Notes: a model not told the origin generated them from the sequence alone. Positions 1-9,418 are shown, counted from the first letter of the stretch. The stretch: DNA of 64,000 bases from an uncultured Clostridia bacterium (GCA_904378095.1 CAJFHE010000007.1:5457-69456); one strand, 5' to 3'. Numbers and translations: made by a program.

Positions 1-1
1 A

Positions 2-238
2 GATAAAAAAATTTGGTGTTATACGGGATTTGATTTTGAAAAAGATGTGGTAGGAAAAATGGCAAAACAAAGCGATACAACAAAAGAATTATTGAAATAC
101 ATAGATGTTGTAGTTGACGGAAAATTTGAAGAAGACAAAAAAGATTTAAAGCTAAAATTTAGAGGATCTTCAAACCAAAGAATACTAGATGTAAAAGAAA
201 GCTTAAAAGAAAATAAACCAGTAGAATACAAGCTTTAA
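2..238 (+). CDS. nrdG: anaerobic ribonucleotide reductase activating protein, C-terminal fragment (5' end outside window)
   Basis: Frame is open from the window edge. ...IWCYTGFDFE...YIDVVVDGKFEED...FRGSSNQRILDV resembles the NrdG activase C-terminus. Confidence 0.65.
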   Translation, partial: DKKIWCYTGFDFEKDVVGKMAKQSDTTKELLKYIDVVVDGKFEEDKKDLKLKFRGSSNQRILDVKESLKENKPVEYKL

Positions 239-252
239 GAGAAACTTCAAAT

Positions 253-285
253 ATCTTGATTTTGGAGACAGAGAAAAAAGATTTT
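253..285 (+). repeat. degenerate copy of the 39-nt palindromic element (F1)
   Basis: ATCTTGATTTTGGAGACAGAGAAAAAAGATTTT versus consensus ATCTTGTTTTTGGGGACGGAGGAAAAAAACAAGATTTT. Lies 15 nt after the nrdG stop. Confidence 0.45.
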
Positions 286-318
286 CAGAGGACAGCTCTA
301 ATGTTCTAGAAAATAAAG

Positions 319-347
319 AGACAGATGTAAAAAATCTGTCTTTTTAT
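319..347 (+). terminator. intrinsic terminator after nrdG
   Basis: AGACAGAT / ATCTGTCT 8-bp stem followed by a T-run. Confidence 0.6.
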
Positions 348-700
348 TTTAAATTCAATCATTTATATAAAATCAAAGTAAAGAAAAAACTTTCGACTTT
401 TTTTGACATTATTTGACAAGTTTTTTAACCATTTTAACAAATTACATAAAATCTATTGTGTTTTTTTATTTTAGGGTATATAATCAACGCAACCTTTTAG
501 AGAATTTGACAATTATTCCGATTTTAATTTTGATATGGCCATATCATTTATTCATAAATTATTTTTAATCTATAAAGACTTTTTTCACTAATATTTTATT
601 TCGATTCTATAGATTTATTTTGCTTTGTTAGTATCTACTGTATCTCTATTTTTGTATATTTCATTTTTACAGTAGGTTTGATGGTATACCATTTTGTTTT

Positions 701-726
701 GATGTAGAAGATGCATATTCTACATC
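701..726 (-). terminator. hairpin immediately downstream of the DUF45-like gene
   Basis: GATGTAGAA-N8-TTCTACATC stem-loop 3 nt beyond the stop at 729. Confidence 0.45.
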
Positions 727-728
727 TA

Positions 729-1220
729 TTAATATTGAACACCTACTAATTCAAACTCATAGTTTTCATAATTAGGCATATATTTTTTTAATGTTTCATA
801 GAATTTTTTGCTAGTTTTACTAATTTTTAATTTGCAAAACTCATAAAATACCACATATTCTATTATCTCTTTTCTATACCTTACAATATCTGGATTTATA
901 ATAATTCTATTTGCTAGGCATTTAGCCAACCTTTTGTCTAATCTCATAATTTTATAATCTTCTGGAGCAAATTTTAATGTTGTTCTTACTTTTTCCATTA
1001 TTATATCTAGCTCTTTACTAGCTATTGCATCATACATTTTTTCAAGTAGCATTTCTATTAATATTTCATTATTTAATTTTTTATATTTTATAGGGAGACT
1101 TATTTCTATTAGTTTCTTTTGTAGATTTAGTTTTGGAGCCTTAACACGTTTATATATCACTTTTAGCTCATAACTAACTCCAAAAATTTTTACTGATTTG
1201 TTTGTATCTTCTTTTCTCAT
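729..1220 (-). CDS. YgjP/DUF45 (WLM-like) family protein with degenerate metal site
   Basis: C-terminal ...EYVVFYEFCKLKISKTSKKFYETLKKYMPNYENY aligns by eye to the DUF45 pattern VHELxHLxExNHSxxFWxxVxxxMPDY, but His, His, His are replaced by Y, K, T. Confidence 0.5.
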   Translation of the reverse strand: MRKEDTNKSVKIFGVSYELKVIYKRVKAPKLNLQKKLIEISLPIKYKKLNNEILIEMLLEKMYDAIASKELDIIMEKVRTTLKFAPEDYKIMRLDKRLAKCLANRIIINPDIVRYRKEIIEYVVFYEFCKLKISKTSKKFYETLKKYMPNYENYEFELVGVQY

Positions 1221-1425
1221 AAAAATTACCTCCTACTGTTTTATTGCTTTATAAATTTTTTATAATTCTCTGAACTTTTGTTTGTATTATTTTATACTTT
1301 AATTTTTATTTTGTCAATACTTTTTTCAAAAATTTGTTCGCTTTTTTGTAACAACAAAAATATTGACAGATTTTCGAATAAACAATATAATTTATGTATG
1401 GTTTATTCAGCTTGGAGGTGTTTGT

Positions 1426-2622
1426 TTGAAAAATTCTTTTAAATTAGTAAGTGCAAATGAAAACAATCCTAAATGGAGCAATGTCATTTCGAGGGAGACA
1501 CCTTTGTATTCTCGTAATAATGATATACGCTCTGAATTTGAAAGGGATTTTACCAGAGTGATACATAGTAATGCCTATAGGAGGTTAAAACATAAAACTC
1601 AAGTTTTTTATTCTCCCCAAAATGACCATATTTGTACTAGAATAGAGCATGTTAATCATGTAGAGTCTATAAGCTATACTATTGCTCACTATCTTGGCCT
1701 TAATGAAGAGCTTACAAAGGCTATTGCCGTATCACATGATTTAGGTCATAGTCCTTTTGGACATAAAGGTGAAAAAATATTAGATGAAATATGTAAGAAA
1801 GATTTAAATTTTTCATTTTGGCATGAGAAAAATGGTTTATATTTTGTAGATAATATTGAACTTTTGGAAGATGATGAAGGTTGTAAACGAAACTTGGATT
1901 TAACTTATGGAGTAAGAGATGGTATTATTTCACATTGTGGTGAAATAGATGAGAATATAATTAGGCCTAGAGATGAATTTATAAACTTAAAAGAATATAA
2001 TTATCCAAATCAGTTTGCTCCATATACTTGGGAAGGTTGTGTCGTAAAAATTTCTGATAAGATTTCTTACATTGGAAGAGATATTGAAGATGCTGTGAGT
2101 TTAGGAATTCTAGATGAGCATTTAGATAAATTATATGATTTGTTGGGATATACTAGTGGTACTATTAATAATACTGTAATTATTAACACATTAATTTATG
2201 ATTTATGTACAAATTCTTCTCCTGAAATTGGACTATGTTTCTCTTCTGAAGCATTAAATTTAATGAATAAAATTAAGAAATTCAATTATGAATACATTTA
2301 TCTTTCTGACGCTTTAAAACCTTCTGATGAGTATTTTTCTATAGTGATTAATAGAATTTACTGTACTTTGAAAAATGCATATAATGGAGATACTACTTTT
2401 CAGAATTTAGATAAATTAAGAAAGTTTTATCCTAATTTAATAAATGGTTTTGTAGATTGGTTTAGTAATTTTTCTACTACTGGTGATAGACAAAATTTAA
2501 AGAATAAGGTTTTGTTTGACATACAAAATTCTAAAGATTATTACTTTGCTATTATTTTATATATTGCAGGAATGACAGATAAATTTGCGATTGATACGTA
2601 TAATGAGATAATTGGATTTTAA
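1426..2622 (+). CDS. dGTPase-like HD-domain deoxynucleoside triphosphate triphosphohydrolase
   Basis: RDFTRVIHSNAYRRLKHKTQVF and SHDLGHSPFGHKGE motifs. TTG at 1426 lies 7 nt after GGAGG (1414-1418). The track ORF starts at 1363 without an RBS. Confidence 0.8.
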   Translation: MKNSFKLVSANENNPKWSNVISRETPLYSRNNDIRSEFERDFTRVIHSNAYRRLKHKTQVFYSPQNDHICTRIEHVNHVESISYTIAHYLGLNEELTKAIAVSHDLGHSPFGHKGEKILDEICKKDLNFSFWHEKNGLYFVDNIELLEDDEGCKRNLDLTYGVRDGIISHCGEIDENIIRPRDEFINLKEYNYPNQFAPYTWEGCVVKISDKISYIGRDIEDAVSLGILDEHLDKLYDLLGYTSGTINNTVIINTLIYDLCTNSSPEIGLCFSSEALNLMNKIKKFNYEYIYLSDALKPSDEYFSIVINRIYCTLKNAYNGDTTFQNLDKLRKFYPNLINGFVDWFSNFSTTGDRQNLKNKVLFDIQNSKDYYFAIILYIAGMTDKFAIDTYNEIIGF

Positions 2623-2630
2623 CTAACTTT

Positions 2631-2687
2631 GGGGACGGAGGAAAAAAGTTGTTTTTTTCCTCCGTCCCCAAAAACAAGATTTTCGAC
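2631..2687. repeat. composite F1 element: two inverted GGGGACGGAGGAAAAAA cores plus one flank, between convergent genes
   Basis: GGGGACGGAGGAAAAAA (2631-2647) pairs perfectly with TTTTTTCCTCCGTCCCC (2653-2669), followed by AAAAACAAGATTTT. Acts as a likely bidirectional terminator. Confidence 0.7.
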
Positions 2688-2690
2688 TAG

Positions 2691-3938
2691 CTAAAAATGA
2701 TTTAAGACCAACTCTTCATACTTTTGTGTAGCTACCTCAGGGTTATGTGGACCATTAAAATCTTTAATTGGAGCAAATTCTTTCTCTGTGTTTACTCTAA
2801 GTAAAGCGATATTATCAAAATACGAGAAAGCACTAAATACAAATTGCTCAAATTTATATATATTTGGCTTGTCTGGAACTTGTTTCATTCCTTCTTCATT
2901 AACAAAAGCATTTTTTCTAAAGGCTCTATGGTACGATAATTTTACATTGGACATTTTTTTGATTGCATTTAAACTAAATAAATGTGCTAACATGTTAGTT
3001 TCTCTATATAAATAATTTCCTTTATTATCAGTAATTTTAGATAGCTCCTCAGTAAAATTTTCACAATCCACTATTGCAGGCTTTTTATCTCTTCTGGCAA
3101 AAATCCAAGAAGGATCTGAAGGGTTAGATTTAAATAAAGTTTTAGAGCCCACTTCATATTTAGAATCTATAGTATATCCTATAAATACAGGGTCAAGCGG
3201 ATTTAACAGTACATTATCAACACCGCCAACAAATAACCATTGTAGTTTCTTTTGCTCCATACTTTTAATTAAATTTGTTCTTTTTAAAGAAGAAAATAAA
3301 TTTCCATTACCATTAGATGCTAGATTTATTTTATAAATTTCTGAAAGAACAAGCTTACCATTCACATCAATAATCGGCAAATTTTCCTGATTAAAAAATG
3401 TAATATTATTTCTATCATAATCAAAATAATTATTCTGCTCAAAAAAATTGATTGTATCAAAATAATTACTAGTACTAGTCATAATGTACCAAGGAATATA
3501 TATTTTATATTTAGAATAGGCTGTTTTTAAATAATCACATACAATTTCAAAAAGAGATTTCCTAGGATTTGTATCTAAAACATAAGTACCCTTAGGAGCA
3601 TTAAAACCTAACCTAGAGCCTTGACCACCGGCTACAGTTATTACACCTACTTTACCAGATTTGATAGCCTTAGCTCCTAAATTATAATACTGCTTAAGCT
3701 TCGAATCAGATAATGATTCTTTATCTACGTATTTTAAAGGCTCAATTTCTTCAGTAGACTTGAATACTTCAGTTTTTGATTTTTCATATAAAGATAAAAT
3801 CTCTTCGAAATCAATATTCAATATTTGGTTTAACAAATCAGACTTTTGTGATTCTGTAAGCTCATTATAAAACTGTAATAAATGCTCTTGATTATATTTT
3901 TTTAGAATATCTCTTACTTTACTCAGTTTATTCTCCAT
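2691..3938 (-). CDS. UDP-sugar pyrophosphorylase (UDPGP/UAP family nucleotidyltransferase)
   Basis: VITVAGGQGSRLGFNAPKGTY glycine-rich loop. The second ATG (3938) is preceded by GGAGGG. Confidence 0.7.
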   Translation of the reverse strand: MENKLSKVRDILKKYNQEHLLQFYNELTESQKSDLLNQILNIDFEEILSLYEKSKTEVFKSTEEIEPLKYVDKESLSDSKLKQYYNLGAKAIKSGKVGVITVAGGQGSRLGFNAPKGTYVLDTNPRKSLFEIVCDYLKTAYSKYKIYIPWYIMTSTSNYFDTINFFEQNNYFDYDRNNITFFNQENLPIIDVNGKLVLSEIYKINLASNGNGNLFSSLKRTNLIKSMEQKKLQWLFVGGVDNVLLNPLDPVFIGYTIDSKYEVGSKTLFKSNPSDPSWIFARRDKKPAIVDCENFTEELSKITDNKGNYLYRETNMLAHLFSLNAIKKMSNVKLSYHRAFRKNAFVNEEGMKQVPDKPNIYKFEQFVFSAFSYFDNIALLRVNTEKEFAPIKDFNGPHNPEVATQKYEELVLNHF

Positions 3939-3968
3939 AAAACCCTCCATTCGAGTAATAGAATACTC

Positions 3969-4784
3969 TTAATCTTGTTTCATACTAGAATAATTAGTCG
4001 CACTTTTTAGCTCAGCAATTAATTTTTCTTTACTAGGCAAATTAGAATTTTTTAAAAGTTCAACTTCCTTTTCTATATCATAAGGAAGCCTTACTAAATT
4101 AAAATTGATAGTAGATAATTCCTTTGAGTTATAATTGCCCTCTAATATAATATATGAAGCAACCGTAGAAAATTTATTAGTTTTATCATAAAAATTATCA
4201 TTAAGCATTTCAATAGGCATTCCAACACTACCAGGATTAAAGATAGTTTTATTACGAATTCTAATTATGTTTGGTGTATGAATATGACCATAGCCAACTA
4301 TATCTGGTGTAGGATCTGACTTAGTCTTGCCAATAAAATCAGTATTTTCAAATAATTCCATAGCATCATGAATTTCAGTTGCTGAATAGATAGTATTTTT
4401 ATTTGAAAACATTGGATTAAAAACATAATCTAAACCAAAAGGTGACGCATGGAATAATCTTATTAAATATCCGCTCATATAGAATTCATATGACACCGGT
4501 AGATTATATATAAAAGAAGCACGCTCTTCACCAATTAAATCTCTTGTCCAAAATCTACCCTTAGGAATGTCAGGCCTAGTTATAGCTTCATCACAATTAC
4601 CTTTTAGCATCACTGTACATTTTTCACGCAATAAATCTATCACTAAATCAGAATTACAGCTTTTTAAAACACTGTCGCCTAAACAGAAAATTTTACTAAT
4701 ATTTCTACTTTCTATATCTTTAATAACAGCTTTAAGAGCAGTAATATTTCCATGTACATCAGATATAATTGCAATTTTCTCCAT
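3969..4784 (-). CDS. calcineurin-like metallophosphoesterase
   Basis: Motifs SDVHGN, GDSV, GNCD, GHIHTP. Confidence 0.75.
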   Translation of the reverse strand: MEKIAIISDVHGNITALKAVIKDIESRNISKIFCLGDSVLKSCNSDLVIDLLREKCTVMLKGNCDEAITRPDIPKGRFWTRDLIGEERASFIYNLPVSYEFYMSGYLIRLFHASPFGLDYVFNPMFSNKNTIYSATEIHDAMELFENTDFIGKTKSDPTPDIVGYGHIHTPNIIRIRNKTIFNPGSVGMPIEMLNDNFYDKTNKFSTVASYIILEGNYNSKELSTINFNLVRLPYDIEKEVELLKNSNLPSKEKLIAELKSATNYSSMKQD

Positions 4785-4946
4785 AATTAATCTCAGTCCT
4801 TTCCTAAGCCATAATTTTGATATTTATATTATCAATACTGCATAAATATTATAATATAAAAAAAGATATAATTCAATAAAGTAAAGAACAATTGAAAAAA
4901 TTTTGTGTATTATATATAATAAGGTCATATTAGAGAGGAGGAAACA

Positions 4947-5906
4947 ATGTTAAAAAATATAGGAAACACTCCAATGATAAAAATTACATACAAAAATGGA
5001 GAAAAAATAAATCATATATATACAAAATTAGAATCGTATAATCCAACTGGTAGTATAAAAGATAGGGTAGCATTTTATATAATAGATAAAGCAAAAGAAA
5101 GAGGTGCATTAAAAGATAATATGCCTATAATTGAAGCTACAAGCGGCAATACAGGAATATCAATTGCAGCATTAGGAGCATATTATAAGCACCCAGTGTA
5201 TATTTTTATGCCAGATTGGGTAAGTAAAGAAAGAGTAAAATTAATGAAAAACTATGGAGCAAATGTAATACTTGTGTCAAGAGAAGAAGGCGGATTTAAA
5301 AAATGCTTGGAAGAAGCGCAAAAATTATCTAAAGAGAAAAATGGATTTTTATCAAATCAATTTGCAAATACAGATAATTTGTTGGCACATTATGAAACTA
5401 CAGGAAATGAAATTATAAACCAATTACCAGAAAAAGTTTCTGCATTTATATCAGGAGTAGGAACAGGAGGCACATTAATAGGAGTAGGAAGAAAACTAAT
5501 AAAATGGGATGAAAACATAAAAATAGTAGCATTAGAGCCTGAAAAAATGCCTATCATATCAAAAAACAAAATAATATCTGAGCATAAAATAGAAGGAATT
5601 GGTGATGACTTTGTACCAGATTTACTTGATAAAACAATATTAGATGAGGTAATACTAGTAAATGATGAGGATGCTATAAATATGTCAAGAAGGCTGGCAA
5701 AAGAGCTAGGAATTGGTGTAGGCATTTCTTCTGGAGCAAATTTCATAGCAGGAATTATGTATCAAGAAAAAGTGAATGAACCAGTTGTAACTGTATTCGC
5801 GGATGATAATAAAAAATATTTAAGCACAGATTTGTCAAAAGAAATAGATAATAATATAGATTTTAAATCAAATCAAATAAAATTATTAGATTATGAAGTG
5901 GTTTAA
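4947..5906 (+). CDS. cysK: cysteine synthase / O-acetylserine sulfhydrylase family PLP enzyme
   Basis: GNTPMIKI, NPTGSIKDRVA (PLP lysine), TSGNTGISIA, GVGTGGT. Confidence 0.85.
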   Translation: MLKNIGNTPMIKITYKNGEKINHIYTKLESYNPTGSIKDRVAFYIIDKAKERGALKDNMPIIEATSGNTGISIAALGAYYKHPVYIFMPDWVSKERVKLMKNYGANVILVSREEGGFKKCLEEAQKLSKEKNGFLSNQFANTDNLLAHYETTGNEIINQLPEKVSAFISGVGTGGTLIGVGRKLIKWDENIKIVALEPEKMPIISKNKIISEHKIEGIGDDFVPDLLDKTILDEVILVNDEDAINMSRRLAKELGIGVGISSGANFIAGIMYQEKVNEPVVTVFADDNKKYLSTDLSKEIDNNIDFKSNQIKLLDYEVV

Positions 5907-5949
5907 GACAAAATTTCTGGATAAATTTGTCAAAACCCCAAATCCAGTA

Positions 5950-5979
5950 TTGACAAACTTTAGTCATTTACGTTATAAT
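5950..5979 (+). promoter_or_regulatory. sigma-A-like promoter upstream of rpsU
   Basis: TTGACA (5950-5955), 18-nt spacer, TATAAT (5974-5979). Confidence 0.5.
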
Positions 5980-6063
5980 ATTATTTGTTCATTAATTTTA
6001 GAACAAAATGAAATCCCACACTGAACACTTAAAGGTGTAATACTGGAAGGAGGGGAATAAAAA

Positions 6064-6242
6064 ATGTCAGAGGTTAAAGTTAATAATGGAAATATAGAAG
6101 ATGCCTTAAAAAGGTTTAAAAGACAATGCGCAAGAAATGGAGTATTGCAAGAAGTTAGAAAAAGAGAAAAAGAGAGCACTACGAAAAACCAAGCGTAAAG
6201 AGAAAGAAAAAATCAGAGGCAGCTAGAAAAAGAAAGTTTTAG
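6064..6242 (+). pseudogene. rpsU: 30S ribosomal protein S21 gene disrupted by an 8-bp tandem duplication
   Basis: MSEVKVNNGNIEDALKRFKRQCARNGVLQEVRKRE is followed by AGAAAAAG twice (6157-6164 and 6165-6172). The conserved tail HYEKPSVKRKKKSEAARKRKF* is then in another frame (6177-6242). Deleting one copy restores a 56-aa S21. Confidence 0.85.
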
Positions 6243-6427
6243 TAAATACATAAAGTAAAGAATTATTCTTTAAGAATAGTTCTTTATTTTTTCGTGCACA
6301 AAGCATTTTTTAAAATTTTTATTTGAGAGCTAGTATAATTAAAAATCAAAAAGTGTTGTATAATTTACACCAAATATTATATAATAATTTAGTAAAATGT
6401 AGATGATTGCGAAAGGAGAAAAAAGTT

Positions 6428-7702
6428 ATGAGTTATAATAAACAAGAAATAAAAAAAGGAGTTACAATTCATAATATTACTACAAATAAATTTAAAACAA
6501 ATTTATATGCTGTATTTTTAGCTCTTCCACTAGAAAGAGAAAATGTAACTAAAAATGCCTTAATAACAGCAATTTTAAGAAGAGGAACGCAAAACATACA
6601 ATCCCAAAACTTAATTAGTCAAAAATTAGAAGAAATGTATGGTGCAAGTTTTGATTGCGGAATAGAAAAAACAGGCGATAATCACGTAATGAAATTTTAT
6701 TTAGAGGCTATAAATGAGGAGTTCATTCCAGAAAAAGAAGAATTAACTAAAAAATGCATAGATATTTTATTTGATATCATATTCAACCCACTAGTAGAAA
6801 ACAATGGATTTAAGCGAGAGTATGTAGAATCTGAAAAAAATAATTTAAAACAGATAATAGAATCAAAAATAGACAATAAAAGAGTATATGCTTTTGAAAG
6901 ATGTATAGAAGAAATGTTTAAAGATGAGCCATATGGTTTATATAAATATGGTTATGTAGAAGATTTGGAAAAAATTACTCCTCAAAATTTATATGAGTAT
7001 TACAAAAAACTAATTAGTGAATGTAAGATAGACATATTTGTATCTGGAACTATTGATAATAAAAAAGTAAATGAGCTAATAGAAAACAACGAAGAAATAA
7101 GAGAATTAAAAGAAAGAGAAGCAAGATATGTTGTAAATACTGAAAAAACAAAACAAAGAGAGCAAAAAGAGACAAATACAGTAGAAGAGCATATGCAAGT
7201 AGGACAAGGAAACCTAGTTATGGGGTTAGATGTAAATTGCAAAAACGAAAATTGCAAATATATAGCATCTGTGTATAATGCAATATTGGGCGGTGGAGCA
7301 AATTCAAAACTATTCCAAAATGTTAGAGAAAAAGAAAGTTTAGCATATACTGCAGGCTCAACATTTAGAAGGCAAAAAAATGTAATTTTCATTAGATGTG
7401 GCATAGAAATAGCAAACTTTGATAAAGCTCTAGAAACAATAAAAATGCAACTAACAGACATACAAGAAGGCAGATTTTCAGATGAAGATTTAAATAACTC
7501 AAAAGAATTAATTATAGAGTCAATAAGAGGCATAAATTCTGAGCAGGATACAGAAATAACATATTATTATGGACAAGAATTATCAGATAGCTTCACAACA
7601 CTAGATGAATATATAGAAAAGATAAGCAATGTGTCAGTAGAAGACGTAAAAGAGTTGGCAGGAAGCATTGCTGTAGATACAGTCTATTTCCTAAGAGATT
7701 AA
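6428..7702 (+). CDS. M16 (pitrilysin) family protein, non-catalytic partner (no HxxEH)
   Basis: M16-like length and fold pattern with no HxxEH motif. Paired with the active M16 gene downstream (YmfF/YmfH-like arrangement). ATG 6428 follows GGAG. Confidence 0.7.
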   Translation: MSYNKQEIKKGVTIHNITTNKFKTNLYAVFLALPLERENVTKNALITAILRRGTQNIQSQNLISQKLEEMYGASFDCGIEKTGDNHVMKFYLEAINEEFIPEKEELTKKCIDILFDIIFNPLVENNGFKREYVESEKNNLKQIIESKIDNKRVYAFERCIEEMFKDEPYGLYKYGYVEDLEKITPQNLYEYYKKLISECKIDIFVSGTIDNKKVNELIENNEEIRELKEREARYVVNTEKTKQREQKETNTVEEHMQVGQGNLVMGLDVNCKNENCKYIASVYNAILGGGANSKLFQNVREKESLAYTAGSTFRRQKNVIFIRCGIEIANFDKALETIKMQLTDIQEGRFSDEDLNNSKELIIESIRGINSEQDTEITYYYGQELSDSFTTLDEYIEKISNVSVEDVKELAGSIAVDTVYFLRD

Positions 7703-7741
7703 AAATCTTGTTTTTTTCCTCCGTCCCCAAAAACAAGATTT
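7703..7741 (-). repeat. F1 palindromic element, exact consensus (reverse orientation)
   Basis: AAATCTTGTTTTTTTCCTCCGTCCCCAAAAACAAGATTT starts 1 nt after the M16 stop codon. Confidence 0.9.
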
Positions 7742-7775
7742 TTCAAAGAAAATATGAAGAAAGGATTGATAAAAA

Positions 7776-9065
7776 ATGAAAATAATAGAGAGCTCAAAGA
7801 TTAAAGAAAAAGAATATATAGAAAAGTTAGATAATGGTATGACAGTTATAATTATACCTAAACCTAATTTAGATAAAAAATATATTATATGGGGCACACA
7901 TTTTGGCTCTATAGACAATAGATTTATAATGCCAAAAACAGGAGAGGAAGTATTTATACCAGATGGTGTAGCACATTTTTTAGAGCATAAAATGTTTGAG
8001 CAACCAAATGGAACTAATAGTCTAGACACTTTAATGGCTCTAGGACTAGATGCTAATGCCTATACAACAAATGACCACACAGCATATTTATTTGAGTGCA
8101 CAAATAATTTTTATAAAGGCCTTGATGAGCTTATGGATTATGTACAACATCCATATTTTACAGATGAAAATGTAGAAAAAGAAAAAGGAATAATAGGGCA
8201 AGAAATAAAAATGTATGATGACGAGCCAGGCTGGAAACTATACATGAATGCAATGGATTGTATGTATAAAAACAATCCAATTAAATTAGATATAGCAGGA
8301 AGTGTAGAGTCAATTAGCAAAATCACACCAGATGTTTTGTACAAATGTTATAATACATTCTATAACCCATCAAACATGGTAATGGTAGTATGTGGAGACT
8401 TTAAACCAGAAGAAATATTAGAAGAAATAAAAAAAAGATTGGTAGAAAAAGAAGAGCAAGGTGAAATAAAAAGAATATATCCAGAGAAAGAAGAAAAAAT
8501 AAATAAGCCATATAACGAAGTAGAAATGGAAGTAAGTACCCCACTATTTATGCTTGGATATAGAGATGTAGAAGGAATGGGAGATAAAAAAGAAATTGTA
8601 AGAAAACATATTGCAATAGAAATTTTATTAAACATGATAATAGGAAAAAGCTCAGACACATATAAAGAATTGTACGAAGCGGGAGATTTATTGGCACAGC
8701 CAGACTTGGATTATGAATTTAGTGATGAATATTCACATATTTTAATCTCAGGACAATCAAAAAATCCACAAAAAATAAAAGAAAATGTGGAAAAATGCAT
8801 TGAAAATTTCAAGAAAAATGGCTTAAATGATGAGCATTTTAATAGAATAAGAAAAAAAGTATATGGAAACTATGTTGTAGAGTACAACAGTGTAGGCGAT
8901 ATTGCTAGAATGTTTTTATCAGATAAGATGAAAGGTATAAATAGTTTTGACTATATTGAAGAATATAATACAGTAACAAAAGAATATGTAGAAGAGATTT
9001 TGAAAAATGTCTTTAAAACAGAGAATATGATAATGTCTGTAGTAAATTGCAAACAAGAGAAATAA
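7776..9065 (+). CDS. M16 family zinc peptidase (catalytic subunit)
   Basis: HFLEHKMFE zinc-binding HxxEH motif near the N-terminus. Confidence 0.8.
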   Translation: MKIIESSKIKEKEYIEKLDNGMTVIIIPKPNLDKKYIIWGTHFGSIDNRFIMPKTGEEVFIPDGVAHFLEHKMFEQPNGTNSLDTLMALGLDANAYTTNDHTAYLFECTNNFYKGLDELMDYVQHPYFTDENVEKEKGIIGQEIKMYDDEPGWKLYMNAMDCMYKNNPIKLDIAGSVESISKITPDVLYKCYNTFYNPSNMVMVVCGDFKPEEILEEIKKRLVEKEEQGEIKRIYPEKEEKINKPYNEVEMEVSTPLFMLGYRDVEGMGDKKEIVRKHIAIEILLNMIIGKSSDTYKELYEAGDLLAQPDLDYEFSDEYSHILISGQSKNPQKIKENVEKCIENFKKNGLNDEHFNRIRKKVYGNYVVEYNSVGDIARMFLSDKMKGINSFDYIEEYNTVTKEYVEEILKNVFKTENMIMSVVNCKQEK

Positions 9066-9206
9066 TTTGTAGAAAAAAGTCGAAAAATGGCATACGAAAA
9101 TTGGCAAAAACCGCTCAAAATCAACAAAAATCAGTTGACTAACATGTAAAAATATGGTATTTTTAAAATATACAAAAGAAAAAATACGAAAAAGGAGAGT
9201 GGTTTT

Positions 9207-9404
9207 ATGTTAAATGATGAAATTTGTAAATTAAGAGAAGAATTAAACGAAAGTATTATTAGTGGGAAAGACTATGAGATAACATATAAAATAAGTGTAC
9301 AGTTAGACCAATTAATTGCAGAATACTATAAAACAGAATTAGATTTAAGAAAAACAAAAAGGTCAAAACCAAGAAAGAAGAAAGAAGCGGGAAGTATAGT
9401 TTAG
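9207..9404 (+). CDS. Spo0E-like aspartyl-phosphate phosphatase family protein
   Basis: 65 aa, helical. ...ISVQLDQLIAEYY resembles the Spo0E SQxLDxLI signature. Confidence 0.5.
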   Translation: MLNDEICKLREELNESIISGKDYEITYKISVQLDQLIAEYYKTELDLRKTKRSKPRKKKEAGSIV

Positions 9405-9418
9405 AATATTTAATTAGT

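Noticed and set aside
360-700. ORF-free 340-bp AT-rich region as a possible ncRNA or riboswitch
   Set aside because: I could not recognise any conserved riboswitch, T-box, 6S or SRP-like structure. It has only promoter-like hexamers and a short palindrome (GATATGGCCATATC), which is insufficient evidence.
7691-8029. 112-aa minus-strand ORF across the start of the active M16 gene
   Set aside because: It overlaps a well-supported HxxEH peptidase gene. Its C-terminus simply reads through the stop-free F1 element (CFWGRRKKTRF).
6407-9065. M16 peptidase pair as a RiPP maturation system
   Set aside because: No precursor peptide, radical-SAM or transporter genes are adjacent. The inactive/active M16 pair matches the common housekeeping YmfF/YmfH-like arrangement.
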